Origin: Myxococcota bacterium
GTDB lineage: Bacteria; Myxococcota_A; UBA796; CAJQPC01
Direction of reading: 5' to 3'
Length of the DNA: 64,000 nucleotides
Assembly (NCBI GenBank): GCA_036229005.1
Contig: JAZAMN010000057.1
Location: 32,198 to 96,197, forward strand
Under the pieces are notes generated by a model. It ran no database searches. It was not told where the DNA came from and saw only the letters and a list, made by a program, of their open reading frames with translations. A program made the translations under genes and the position numbers. Of the stretch, positions 20,418 to 30,325 are shown one piece after another; the stretch's first letter is position 1, and each line of letters starts with the position of its first letter.

Positions 20418-21275
20418 TCAGGATAGCCCCATCAACCCCCGCGCCTCCTCCGGACTCGCGACCTCCCGCCCGGCCCGCCTCGCACAGTCCGCGAGCGCCT
20501 CGATCAACGCTCCATTGCTGTCGGCCTTCTCGCCGCTGGGCAGGTAGAAGGTGTCCTCGAGTCCGGTCCGCAGCATCCCGCCCAATTCGGCGGCCCGCTG
20601 GTGCAGGGCCCAGATCTCCTGCCGCCCAATGAGCGTGGCCTGCCACAGACTGCCCTGGGGCTTGTAGCGAAGCAGCAGCTCCAGCAGGTCGGCGTCCAGG
20701 GGCATGCCGCTGGCGACGCCCATGACGAAGTTGACCTGGGCGGAGGGGGCCATGCCGGCCTTCAGATACAGATCGACGCTGCGCAGGATGCCCACATCAA
20801 AGCACTCGAACTCGGGCAGGGCGCCCACGCGCTCCATGCCGTCCAGCATGGCCTGGACCTTCTCGACGGGGTTGTCAAACAGCATGGGCTTCCAGGCCCA
20901 CTGGCCGTTGCTGCGCAGCTTGAGGTAGTTCAGGCTGCCCGCGTTGCAGGCCGCAAGCTCGGGCTTCACGGCGTCCATGCAGGCGATGGGGCCGCTCACG
21001 TCAGGACCCACCACGCCGGTGCTCTGGTTGATCAGGGCGCCCGGACAGGCCTGCCGCACGGCATCGACACAGTCCTTGGCGACCGCAGGATCCCAGCTCG
21101 GCAGGTGGCCCATGCCGGGCTCCTGGCGCCGAAAGTGGATGTGGAACACGCTGGCCCCAGCGTCAAAGGCCTGCCGCGCGGACAGGGCGAGCTGCTCGGG
21201 GGTGACGGGCACAGGGTGCCGCGCCGGGTCGGTGAGCACGCCGTTGAGGGCGCAGGTCAGGATGGCCTTGTTCAT
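20418..21275 (-). CDS. Beta-keto acid cleavage enzyme (BKACE/Kce, DUF849)
   Basis: ILTCALNG..VPVTPEQ, GASVFHIHFR, PEFECFD, RTGLEDTFYL. Confidence 0.9.
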   Translation of the reverse strand: MNKAILTCALNGVLTDPARHPVPVTPEQLALSARQAFDAGASVFHIHFRRQEPGMGHLPSWDPAVAKDCVDAVRQACPGALINQSTGVVGPDVSGPIACMDAVKPELAACNAGSLNYLKLRSNGQWAWKPMLFDNPVEKVQAMLDGMERVGALPEFECFDVGILRSVDLYLKAGMAPSAQVNFVMGVASGMPLDADLLELLLRYKPQGSLWQATLIGRQEIWALHQRAAELGGMLRTGLEDTFYLPSGEKADSNGALIEALADCARRAGREVASPEEARGLMGLS

Positions 21276-23203
21276 TCGCTCAGCTCCAGCTCGATAAGAA
21301 GGGCGCCGGCCTGGACTTGCTCTCCCAGGGCGGCGTGGATGGCCCGCACAGTCCCCGCGGACTGGGCCAGCACGCGGGTCTCCAGCTTCATGGCCTCGAC
21401 CCTGGCCAAGGTCTGTCCGGGCTCCACGGCATCCCCCACAGACACAGAGATCGCACACAGATTTCCGGCGGTGGGCGAGAGGATCTGGGAGGCGTCCAGC
21501 TCCGCCTGCACCGCCTGACCCGGCCGCACCTCGCGGATGGGAAGGAGTCCAGATCCGCAGTCGAGGACACACTGGCCGTCTTCAAGGTAGACCCAGATCC
21601 AGCGGCGGCCCCGGTCCCGCTCCTCCACCTGCACCCGCCCCTGGGGGAGGCCCATGGCCAGATGGAACACGGTCTCCCCGACGGCCAGCTCGAAGAAGGG
21701 CCGCCCCGGCGAGACCCGCACGGTCTGTGTGGTGCTCCCACAGACCAGCTCCAGGTCGAAGGCGCAGTGGCCGCTGCTGCGCAGCCAGGCCGCTTGAGGC
21801 TCACACAGAGCCAGGGCGGCCAGGGCCCAGTCCCGCTCGGTGGGGGTCGGGCGCTCGAAGAGGGGGTGCCCCGCCTGCGCCCAGTGGTCGATGTGGCCGG
21901 TGTGCAGGGTGCCTGACACGAACTCGGGGGTCTGTAGCAGGCGCAGCAGCCAGTCGCGGTTGGTCTGTACGCCCAGCAACCGGAGCTCGCTCAGGGCCCG
22001 CCGCAGCCGGGCCAGAGCCTGGCCCCGGTCGGGCCCCCAGGCGATCAGCTTGCCCAGCATGGGATCGTAGTAGGGGCTGACCGCGCTGCCGGGCTCCAGG
22101 GCCAGGTGGAGCTGCAGGTGCTCACTGGTCTGGGGTCGGGTGATCTGTGTGAGCACGCCGGTCTGGGGGGCGAAGCCGGCGGAGGGGTCCTCGGCGCAGA
22201 TCCGCACCTCGATGGCTGCGCCCTGGGGAGCGGGCAGGGTCTGTGGCAGGTGGGCGCCCTGGGCGATGCGGAGCTGCCAGCCCACCAGGTCCTGGCCCCA
22301 GCACATCTGGGTGACGGCGAACTCCACCTGCAGGCGGGTGTTCATCTCCAGGAACCAGAACTCGCCGCCCTGGACCAGGAACTCCACGGTCCCGGCGCCC
22401 ACGTAGCCCACGGCCTGGGCGGCCTGGACGGCGGCCGCACACAGTCTCGCGCGCAGGGCCGGATCCAGGCTGGGGGCGGGGGTCTCCTCGATGACCTTCT
22501 GGCGGCGGCGCTGGGCGCTGCAGTCGCGCTCCCCCAGGTGGAGGACGTGGCCGTGGGTGTCGGCCAGGATCTGTACTTCGACGTGACGGCCGCCGTCGAT
22601 CAGGCGCTCCAGCATCAGGCGACCGTCCCCGAAGGCAGCGGTGGCCTCGCGGGCGGCGGAGGTGATGGCCTCGGAGAGCTCGGCCGGCTCGCGGACCACG
22701 CGCATGCCGCGACCGCCTCCCCCGGCGGTGGCCTTGACCAGCAGCGGGAAGCCGATGTCCTGGGCGTGGGCAGACAGACCCCCTACAGATTGGTCGTCGC
22801 CGCGGTAGCCAGGCAGCAGCGGGACGCCGGCCTGGGCCATGCGCTCCTTGGCGGCGGCCTTGTCGGCCATCGCGTGCATGGCGGCGGGGGGCGGGCCCAC
22901 CCAGATCAGACCGGCATCGAGCACGGACTGTGCAAAGTCGGCGTTCTCGGCCAGGAAGCCGTAGCCCGGGTGGATGGCGTCGGCGCCGCTGTCCGCGGCG
23001 GCCTGGAGCACCCGGTCCCCGCGCAGGTAGGAGTCGGCGGCGGGCGCGGCCCCCACACAGATGGCCTGGTCGGCCAGCGCCAGCCAGGGGCCCTGGGCGT
23101 CGGCCTGGGAGTACACACAGACCGTCTCCAGGCCCAGGCCGCGGGCCGTGCGCAAGATGTGGGCGGCGATCTCGCCGCGGTTGGCGACCAGCAGGCGCTT
23201 CAT
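21272..23203 (-). CDS. Acyl-CoA carboxylase alpha subunit (biotin carboxylase + BCCP), AtuF/LiuD-like
   Basis: LLVANRGEIA, HPGYGFLAEN, GGGGRGMR, FLEMNTRLQVE, biotinyl motif EAMKL. Confidence 0.93.
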   Translation of the reverse strand: MKRLLVANRGEIAAHILRTARGLGLETVCVYSQADAQGPWLALADQAICVGAAPAADSYLRGDRVLQAAADSGADAIHPGYGFLAENADFAQSVLDAGLIWVGPPPAAMHAMADKAAAKERMAQAGVPLLPGYRGDDQSVGGLSAHAQDIGFPLLVKATAGGGGRGMRVVREPAELSEAITSAAREATAAFGDGRLMLERLIDGGRHVEVQILADTHGHVLHLGERDCSAQRRRQKVIEETPAPSLDPALRARLCAAAVQAAQAVGYVGAGTVEFLVQGGEFWFLEMNTRLQVEFAVTQMCWGQDLVGWQLRIAQGAHLPQTLPAPQGAAIEVRICAEDPSAGFAPQTGVLTQITRPQTSEHLQLHLALEPGSAVSPYYDPMLGKLIAWGPDRGQALARLRRALSELRLLGVQTNRDWLLRLLQTPEFVSGTLHTGHIDHWAQAGHPLFERPTPTERDWALAALALCEPQAAWLRSSGHCAFDLELVCGSTTQTVRVSPGRPFFELAVGETVFHLAMGLPQGRVQVEERDRGRRWIWVYLEDGQCVLDCGSGLLPIREVRPGQAVQAELDASQILSPTAGNLCAISVSVGDAVEPGQTLARVEAMKLETRVLAQSAGTVRAIHAALGEQVQAGALLIELELSE

Positions 23204-23979
23204 TGGACCACCCAGGGTGCGGGCTTGCGGGAGAGGAAGGCGGCGGTGCCGGCGGCGGCCTCGGGGCGGCGGGCGGCGGCGGCGAAGGTCTGTGCGGCGA
23301 GCTGCACCTGCGCGAGGTCCACCGGAGAGGAGAGGCTGGCGAGCAGCGCTTTGGTCGTCGCGAGCGCCCCTGGGGCGGACTGGAGCACGGACTGTGTGAG
23401 GGACTGGAGCCCGCGGTCGAGGTCGTCGTGGAGCTGGTGCACCAGGCCGATGTCCAGGGCGGTCTGCGCCGAGATGACCTCGCCGGCGAGCGCCAGTCTG
23501 CGGGCTTGGGCAGGGCCGACCCGGGCGATCAAGGTGGGGGCGATCTGTGCGGGGATCAAGCCCAACCTCGTCTCCGGGAGCGAGAGCTTGAGGCTGCGGT
23601 CGGCGATGGAGATGTCGCACGCGCAGGCCAGCCCCACCCCGCCCCCCATCACGGCGCCCTGCAGCGCCGAGACGACGACCAGGGGGCTGTCCTGGAGCAG
23701 GAGCTGGAGCTGGCCGAAGCGGGCGTTGAGGGCCACCAGGGGGTCCCCGGAGTCTGTGGGAGGCTGGCGCAGGGCCCCGGCCATCTCGGCGATGTCGCCC
23801 CCAGCACAGAAGTTCCCGCCGGCCCCGCGCAGCACCAGCACGCGCACCCCAGCGGCGGGGGCCTGGGTGATGGCGTCCTCCAGGGCGGAGAGCAGCGCGA
23901 GGTTCAGGGCGTTGCGGCGCTCGGGGCGGTCCAGCAGCAGGGTGCGGACCGGGCCGTTGTCGTGGATCTGCAGGCTCAC
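23200..23979 (-). CDS. Enoyl-CoA hydratase/isomerase, AtuE/LiuC-like
   Basis: RPERRNAL, FCAGGDI, GAVMGGGVGLACACD, LPETRLGLIPA. Confidence 0.9.
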   Translation of the reverse strand: MSLQIHDNGPVRTLLLDRPERRNALNLALLSALEDAITQAPAAGVRVLVLRGAGGNFCAGGDIAEMAGALRQPPTDSGDPLVALNARFGQLQLLLQDSPLVVVSALQGAVMGGGVGLACACDISIADRSLKLSLPETRLGLIPAQIAPTLIARVGPAQARRLALAGEVISAQTALDIGLVHQLHDDLDRGLQSLTQSVLQSAPGALATTKALLASLSSPVDLAQVQLAAQTFAAAARRPEAAAGTAAFLSRKPAPWVVQ

Positions 23980-23986
23980 GGGGCCC

Positions 23987-25147
23987 TCACTTGCGGCGGC
24001 GGCTGGGGAGGGTGCCTTCGAGCTTGCAGAGGATGCCCAGCATGACCTCGTCGGCGCCGCCCCCGATGGAGATGAGGCGGAGATCCCGATGGATCCGGGA
24101 GATACGGGCTTCGTGTGAGTAGCCCATGCCTCCCCAGAACTGCAGGCAGGAGTCGGTGACCTCCCGACACAGTCGGCCGGACTTGAGCTTGGCCATGGAG
24201 GCCAGCCGGGTGACGTCCTGGCCCTGGGTGTACAGATCGGTGGCGCGGTAGACCAGGGCGCGCAGGGCCTCGACCTCGGTGCGCAGCTCGGCGAGTCTGT
24301 AGTGGACCACCTGGTTGTAGAGGATGGGCTTGCCGAAGGCGACGCGGCCGCGGGTGTATTCGATGGTGTCGTCGATGACCCGGTCCAGGGTGCGCAGGGT
24401 GTTGGCGGCGCCCCAGAGCCGCTCCTGCTGGAACTGCATCATCTGATACATGAACCCGGCGCCCTCCTGACCGATCAGGTTGCGCTTGGGGACCCGCACG
24501 TTGTCGAAGAAGATCTGTGCGGTGTCGCTGCAGTGCATGCCCATCTTCTCGATCTTCTGCAGCTCGATGCCGGCGGCGTCCATGGGGACCACGATCAGGG
24601 ACTTGTTGCCGTGGGGGCCGCCCTGATCCGAGGTGTTGGCCAAAAGGCAGCACCAGTCGGCCTGCAGACCGTTGGTGATCCACATCTTGGAGCCGTTGAT
24701 GACATAGTCATCGCCCTCGCTGCGGGCGTGGGTCTGTAGCCCAGCCACGTCGGAGCCGGCCTGGGGCTCGGACACGCCCAGGCAGGCCACCATGTCGCCG
24801 GCCAGGGCGGGGGCCAGGTACTCGCGCTTGAGCTCGGGGCTGCCGAAGCGGGCCAGGGCGGGGGTGCACATGTCGGTCTGTACGCCGATGGCCATGGGGA
24901 TGCCGCCGGCGTCGCAGGCGCCCAGGGCCTCGGCCATGACCATGTGGAAGGAGAAGTCCAGGCCGCCGCCGCCGAACTCCGGGTCGTACTCCATGCCGAT
25001 CAGGCCCAGATCGCCCAGCTTCTTGAAGAGCTCGTGGGCGGGGAAGGTGCGCTGCTCCTCCCACAGTTCAATGTGGGGGTTGATCTCGGACTGTACGAAG
25101 CGGGTGACCGTCTCGGCCACGGCCTTGTGCTCTTCGGTGAACTGCAT
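23987..25147 (-). CDS. Acyl-CoA dehydrogenase, AtuD (citronellyl-CoA DH)-like
   Basis: GVSEPQAGSDVA, INGSKMWITNG, QFQQERL, CLQFWGGMGY, SIGGGADEVM. Confidence 0.93.
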   Translation of the reverse strand: MQFTEEHKAVAETVTRFVQSEINPHIELWEEQRTFPAHELFKKLGDLGLIGMEYDPEFGGGGLDFSFHMVMAEALGACDAGGIPMAIGVQTDMCTPALARFGSPELKREYLAPALAGDMVACLGVSEPQAGSDVAGLQTHARSEGDDYVINGSKMWITNGLQADWCCLLANTSDQGGPHGNKSLIVVPMDAAGIELQKIEKMGMHCSDTAQIFFDNVRVPKRNLIGQEGAGFMYQMMQFQQERLWGAANTLRTLDRVIDDTIEYTRGRVAFGKPILYNQVVHYRLAELRTEVEALRALVYRATDLYTQGQDVTRLASMAKLKSGRLCREVTDSCLQFWGGMGYSHEARISRIHRDLRLISIGGGADEVMLGILCKLEGTLPSRRRK

Positions 25148-25159
25148 GGGGGGCTCCGG

Positions 25160-26770
25160 TCAGGGGCGGGCGACGCCAAAGGTGTTGGGGTGCAGGGTGC
25201 GGGCGCGGGCCTCGGCGCAGACGCGCAGGCACATGCCCAGGATCCAGCGGGTGTCCCGGGGGTCGATGACGCCGTCGTCGAAGAGGCGGGCGGTGCCAAA
25301 GAGCACGTGGGACTCGGCGTCCAGGCGCTGCTGGATCTGCTGGGTGGTGTGGGCCAGGAACTGTTCGTTCAGGGGCAGACCCTTGGCGGCGTGCTTGGCC
25401 CGGGTGATGAGCTCCATGACCTGGGCTGCCTGGGCGCCCCCCATCACAGCGGTGCGGGCGGTCGGCCAGGAGAAGATGAAGTCCGGGTCGAAGCCGCGGC
25501 CGCACATGCCGTAGTTGCCGGCGCCGAAGCTGCCGCCCACCACGACGGTGAGCTTGGGGACGCGCAGGTTGGCGACGGCCTGGATCATCTTGGAGCCGTG
25601 CTTGACGGACCCGGCGCGCTCGGCGGCGCTGCCGACCATGTAGCCCTGGGTGTTCTGCAGGAAGACGACGGGGGTGCCGGTCTGGTCGCAGAGCTGCAGG
25701 AAGTGGGTGGCCTTGGCGCTGCCCTGGGGCTGGATGGCGCCGTTGTTGCCGACGATGCCCACGGGCATGCCCTGGATGCGGGCGTGGCCGCAGACGGTCT
25801 CGGGGCCGAAGCGGGCCTTGAACTCCAGGAAGTCGGAGCCGTCGACCAGGCGGGCGATGATCTCGCGGCAGTCGTAGGGCTCGCGGGGGTCGGCGGGGAC
25901 CACGCCCAACAGCTCGTCGGGGGAGAAGGCGGGCAGCCTGTCCTCGCTTGGGCCGGTGGCGGGGTCCCAGTTGAGGGCGGCCATGAGCTCCCGGAGTTGG
26001 GCCAGGGCGTGGGCGTCATCCTCCGCCTCGTACTCCCCGAGACCGGTGACGGTGGCGTGCATCTCGGAGCCGCCGAGCTGCTCGTCGCTGCAGTCCTCGC
26101 CGATGGCGGCTTTGACCAGGGGGGGGCCGGCCAGGAAGATCTTGGAGCGCTCGCGGACCAGGATGACGTGGTCCGAGAGGCCGGGGAGGTAGGCGCCGCC
26201 GGCGGTGCTGGAGCCGTGGACGACGGAGATCTGGGGGATGCCCGCGGCGGAGTTCCGGGCGAGGTTGGCGAAGCTGCGGCCGCCGCCCACGAACATCTCG
26301 GACTGGTAGAGCAGGTTCGCGCCGCCGGACTCCACCAGGTAGAGCAGCGGGAGCTTGAGCTTTCGGGAGAGCTCCTGGACGCGCAGGGTCTTCTGGGCGC
26401 CCATGGGGGAGATGGAGCCGCCCTTGATTCCGCTGTCGTTTGCAAGGATCAAGCAGCGCTTGCCGGCGACCGTCCCGACGCCCGCGATGCTGCCGCCGCC
26501 CATGACGGTCTTGGCGCCGTCGTCGTCGTGCATGCGCAGGCCGGCCAGGGTGGAGAGCTCCAGGAAGGGGGCGCCGCGGTCCAGCAGGCGCTCGACGCGC
26601 TCCCGGGGGAGGAGCTGGCCGCGGGCGTCAAAGCGCTCCTTGCGGCGGGCGGAGGTGGCGCGGACCTGGGCCTCCAGGGCGCGGATCTCCTGCAGCTTCT
26701 CGGTCATGGCCGCGGCGTTGGCGGCGAACTCTGGGCCGGTGGGCCGCAAGGCGGAGGTCAAGGGGGGCAT
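25160..26770 (-). CDS. Acyl-CoA carboxylase carboxyltransferase subunit, AtuC/LiuB-like
   Basis: LLPRERVERLLD, LVESGGANL, GSSTAGGAYLP, GGSFGAGNYGMCGR, DDGVIDPRDTR. Confidence 0.93.
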   Translation of the reverse strand: MPPLTSALRPTGPEFAANAAAMTEKLQEIRALEAQVRATSARRKERFDARGQLLPRERVERLLDRGAPFLELSTLAGLRMHDDDGAKTVMGGGSIAGVGTVAGKRCLILANDSGIKGGSISPMGAQKTLRVQELSRKLKLPLLYLVESGGANLLYQSEMFVGGGRSFANLARNSAAGIPQISVVHGSSTAGGAYLPGLSDHVILVRERSKIFLAGPPLVKAAIGEDCSDEQLGGSEMHATVTGLGEYEAEDDAHALAQLRELMAALNWDPATGPSEDRLPAFSPDELLGVVPADPREPYDCREIIARLVDGSDFLEFKARFGPETVCGHARIQGMPVGIVGNNGAIQPQGSAKATHFLQLCDQTGTPVVFLQNTQGYMVGSAAERAGSVKHGSKMIQAVANLRVPKLTVVVGGSFGAGNYGMCGRGFDPDFIFSWPTARTAVMGGAQAAQVMELITRAKHAAKGLPLNEQFLAHTTQQIQQRLDAESHVLFGTARLFDDGVIDPRDTRWILGMCLRVCAEARARTLHPNTFGVARP

Positions 26771-26805
26771 TCAGGCTCCGGAGGCGCGACCGCGTGAGGG
26801 TTGCC

Positions 26806-26835
26806 ATTATGGGAGCCGCTTTACGTATACGTCAA
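26806..26835 (-). promoter_or_regulatory. LiuR-type operator overlapping the -35 box of the carboxylase operon promoter
   Basis: Palindrome TTTACGTATACGTCAA at 26820-26835; minus strand reads TTGACG-N18-CATAAT. Confidence 0.75.
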
Positions 26836-26891
26836 GCTCGCCAGGGTGACCTCGCCTTTGGGAGGATTGTCGGGAAGTGAGAGGTGCCCAC

Positions 26892-27314
26892 ATGTCCGAG
26901 AACGTGACCCAGCCCACCGGAGAGGACGTTCAGGCCTTCCTCGACTCCGTGGAGAACCCTGGCCGGCGCGAGGACGCTGCGCTGGTGCTCCGGATGATGC
27001 GCGAGGTCACGGGGCTGGAGCCGGTCATGTGGGGGCAGTCCCTCATCGGATTCGGTACGTACCACTACCGATATGACTCGGGGCGCGAGGGCGACTTCTT
27101 CCGGGTGGGGTTCTCGCCGCGCAAGGCCAAGCTCGTGGTCTACATCATGCCGTACCAGGACGACTTCGAGCCGCTGCTGGCGCGCCTGGGGCCGCACAAG
27201 CTGGGCAAGAGCTGCCTATACCTGGGCCGGCTGAGCCGGATCGACCTGGACGTGTTGCGCAAGGTGATTCAGCTCTCCTGGGAGCTGATGGCTCAGAAGT
27301 ACCCTGACTCCTGA
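26892..27314 (+). CDS. DUF1801 (YdhG-like) protein
   Basis: EPVMWGQSLIGFGTYHYRYDSGREGD, GFSPRK, LGPHKLGKSCLY; RBS GAGG. Confidence 0.88.
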   Translation: MSENVTQPTGEDVQAFLDSVENPGRREDAALVLRMMREVTGLEPVMWGQSLIGFGTYHYRYDSGREGDFFRVGFSPRKAKLVVYIMPYQDDFEPLLARLGPHKLGKSCLYLGRLSRIDLDVLRKVIQLSWELMAQKYPDS

Positions 27315-27387
27315 GCGCTCCTGCGCGACACTTGTTTCAGCATTTGTTTCAGCCTCACCCTGTTAGCCCTGGTGGCTTGGAGGTCCA

Positions 27388-28923
27388 ATGATCTTGGGTG
27401 TTCCCAGAGAGAGTCACGCGGGCGAACGCCGGGTCTCGGCCACGCCGGAGACGGTCACGCGCTTTGTGAAGGAGGGCTTTGAGGTCCTGGTGGAGCGAGG
27501 CGCTGGGGCGCAGGCGAGCTTCCCCGACGCGGCCTACGAGGAGGCCGGGGCCACGCTGGTCTCCAAGGAGCAGGCGTGGGCTGCGCAGGTCGTGCTGCAC
27601 GTGAACCCTCCTGAGGCGGAGGAGGTGGGGCTCTTGCAGCCCGGCGCCACGCTGATCTCCATCCTCCGGCCGGATCAGAACGCGGACATGGTGGAGGCTC
27701 TGTCCACCCGCGAGGTCACCGCGCTGGCGTTGGACAAGATCCCGCGCATCAGCCGGGCCCAGAAGATGGACGTGCTCTCGTCGATGGCGAACATCGCGGG
27801 CTACCGGGCGGTGATCGAAGCCAGCCAGCACTTCGGCGGCTTCTTTGGCGCTCAGATGACGGCGGCGGGCAAGTCCGCGCCGGCCAAGGTGCTGGTCATC
27901 GGGGCGGGCGTGGCGGGTCTGGCGGCCATCGGCGCGGCCCGGGGCCTGGGGGCGACGGTGTACGCCTTCGACGTGCGCCCCAGCGTGAAGGAGCAGGTCG
28001 AGAGCCTGGGCGGTCGCTTCCTGACGGTGGAGCTGGAGGAGAGCGGCGAGGACGCGGGCGGCTACGCCAAGACCATGTCCAAGGAGTTCATCGACGCGGA
28101 GATGGCGCTGTTCCGCGAGCACGCGCCGAGCTGCGATGTGGTCATCACGACGGCGCTCATTCCCGGTCGGGCCGCGCCCAAGCTCTGGCTGGCGGACATG
28201 GTGGAGGCCATGAAGCCGGGCTCCGTGGTGGTGGACCTGGCCGCCGAGCAGGGCGGCAACTGCGAGGGGACCGTGGCCGGGCAGGTCGTGCAGGTCTCCG
28301 GCGTGAGCATCATCGGGTACACCGACCTGGTCTCCCGCCTGCCCACGGTGGCCAGCCGCTTCTTCTCCAAGAACATCCAGAACCTGATCGACGATCTGGG
28401 CTGGGCCCCCGGCTGGCACATCGACCACGAGGACGAGGCCGTCCGGGGCGCGCTGGTGCTGGAGGAGGGTGAGAGCCGCTGGCCCCCGCCCAAGATCGAA
28501 CGGCCCCCTCCCCCCAAGCCGGCGCCCGCCCCCGAGCCCATCGCCGCCCCCGAACCCGAAGAGGAGTCGGGCACCTGGCGCGTGGTGCTGGGCATCGTGC
28601 TGGCCGCCGTGTTCGGCGCGGTGGGCTGGTGGGCCCCGACGGAGTTCGTCGGGCACTTCTCCGTGTTCGTGCTGGCCTGTTTTGTGGGCTGGCAGCTCAT
28701 CTGGAACGTGCACCACTCCCTGCACACCCCGCTCATGAGCGTGACCAACGCCATCAGCGGCATCATCCTGGTCGGCGGCATCCTGCAGGCCGGCAGCGGC
28801 GGGTCGGTCACGGGCCTGCCCATCATCCTGGCCGTGCTCGCCATCATCCTGGCCAGCATCAACATCGTGGGCGGCTTCATGGTCACCCACCGCATGCTCG
28901 CCATGTTCCGGAAGGGGGACTGA
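27388..28923 (+). CDS. pntA: NAD(P) transhydrogenase subunit alpha (unsplit)
   Basis: [53 protein letters not shown]. Confidence 0.95.
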   Translation: MILGVPRESHAGERRVSATPETVTRFVKEGFEVLVERGAGAQASFPDAAYEEAGATLVSKEQAWAAQVVLHVNPPEAEEVGLLQPGATLISILRPDQNADMVEALSTREVTALALDKIPRISRAQKMDVLSSMANIAGYRAVIEASQHFGGFFGAQMTAAGKSAPAKVLVIGAGVAGLAAIGAARGLGATVYAFDVRPSVKEQVESLGGRFLTVELEESGEDAGGYAKTMSKEFIDAEMALFREHAPSCDVVITTALIPGRAAPKLWLADMVEAMKPGSVVVDLAAEQGGNCEGTVAGQVVQVSGVSIIGYTDLVSRLPTVASRFFSKNIQNLIDDLGWAPGWHIDHEDEAVRGALVLEEGESRWPPPKIERPPPPKPAPAPEPIAAPEPEEESGTWRVVLGIVLAAVFGAVGWWAPTEFVGHFSVFVLACFVGWQLIWNVHHSLHTPLMSVTNAISGIILVGGILQAGSGGSVTGLPIILAVLAIILASINIVGGFMVTHRMLAMFRKGD

Positions 28924-28924
28924 G

Positions 28925-30319
28925 ATGCAGATCCCTGAGTCCTTCGCCCCCGTCGCCTACCTGGGCGCGGGCGTGCTGTTCATCCTGTCCATCGGCGGCC
29001 TGACCAGCCAGGAGAGCGCCCGACGCGGCAACGTCCTGGGCATGATCGGCATGGCCATCGCCCTGGGGGCCGCCCTGCTGACCCCCGGCCTGACCGGCTT
29101 CGGCATCATCGCGGGCGCGATCGGCGTCGGCGCGGTCATCGGCGCGCTGATGGCCACCCGGGTCGCCATGACCTCGATGCCCCAGATGGTCGGCGTGCTC
29201 AACGCCTTCGTGGGCCTGGCGGCGGTGCTGGTGGGCTTCTCCACCTACCTGGAGCACGGGGCCGAGCTGAGCGGCGGCGAGTCTCTGGTCCACAGCCTGG
29301 AGATCTACCTGGACATCGCCATCGGCGCGATCACCTTCACCGGCTCCATGGTGGCCTGGGCCAAGCTGGACGGGCGCCTGTCGGGCAAGCCCCTGCTGAT
29401 CCCCGGCCGCCACGTGCTCAACGCCCTGATGGCCCTGGCCATCGTGGGCCTGGCGGTGCCGCTGCTGCTGGCCGCGCCCGGGACAGGGGTGATGTGGATC
29501 TTCATCATGTCCATCATCGCCAGCATCCTGGGCGTACACCTGGTGCTGAGCATCGGCGGCGCGGACATGCCCGTGGTGGTCTCGCTGCTCAACTCCTACT
29601 CGGGGTGGACCGCGGCGGCGGCCGGCTTCATGCTGGGCAACGACCTGCTGATCATCACCGGCGCGCTGGTCGGCGCGAGCGGCGCCATCCTCTCGGCCAT
29701 CATGTGCAAGGCCATGAACCGCAGCATCTGGAACGTGGTGTTCGGCGGCTTCGGCACCGACGGGGGCGCCCCCGCCTCCACCGAGGGTCCCCAGGGCGAG
29801 TGGCAGGAGATCAGCCTGGAGGGCCTGGTCGAGGCCCTGGAGGACGCCCAGGAGATCCTGATCGTCCCCGGCTACGGCATGGCGGTGGCCCAGGCCCAGC
29901 GGGCCGTCGACTCCTTCGTCCGCAAGATGCAGGACAAGGGCGCCAGAGTGCGCTTCGGCATCCACCCCGTCGCGGGCCGCCTGCCGGGCCACATGAACGT
30001 GCTGCTGGCCGAGGCCGGCGTGCCCTACGACATCGTGCACGAGATGGACGAGGTCAACCCGGACTTCCCCAAGACCGACGTGGTGCTGGTCATCGGCGCC
30101 AACGACATCGTGAACCCCTCGGCCCAGACCGATCCGGGATCGCCCATCGCGGGCATGCCGGTGCTGGAGGTCTGGAAGTCCGAGCTCACGGTTGTCTTCA
30201 AGCGAGGCCGAGGAATGGGCTACGCGGGCGTCGTGAATCCGCTCTTTTTCAAAGACAAGACACGCATGTTCTTTGGCGATGCGCGAGACTCCATGGAGCA
30301 GATCAACGCCAAGCTCTGA
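28925..30319 (+). CDS. pntB: NAD(P) transhydrogenase subunit beta
   Basis: IGGADMPVVVSLLNSYSG, PGYGMAVAQAQ, HPVAGRLPGHMNVLLAEA. Confidence 0.96.
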   Translation: MQIPESFAPVAYLGAGVLFILSIGGLTSQESARRGNVLGMIGMAIALGAALLTPGLTGFGIIAGAIGVGAVIGALMATRVAMTSMPQMVGVLNAFVGLAAVLVGFSTYLEHGAELSGGESLVHSLEIYLDIAIGAITFTGSMVAWAKLDGRLSGKPLLIPGRHVLNALMALAIVGLAVPLLLAAPGTGVMWIFIMSIIASILGVHLVLSIGGADMPVVVSLLNSYSGWTAAAAGFMLGNDLLIITGALVGASGAILSAIMCKAMNRSIWNVVFGGFGTDGGAPASTEGPQGEWQEISLEGLVEALEDAQEILIVPGYGMAVAQAQRAVDSFVRKMQDKGARVRFGIHPVAGRLPGHMNVLLAEAGVPYDIVHEMDEVNPDFPKTDVVLVIGANDIVNPSAQTDPGSPIAGMPVLEVWKSELTVVFKRGRGMGYAGVVNPLFFKDKTRMFFGDARDSMEQINAKL

Positions 30320-30325
30320 GGTCCA

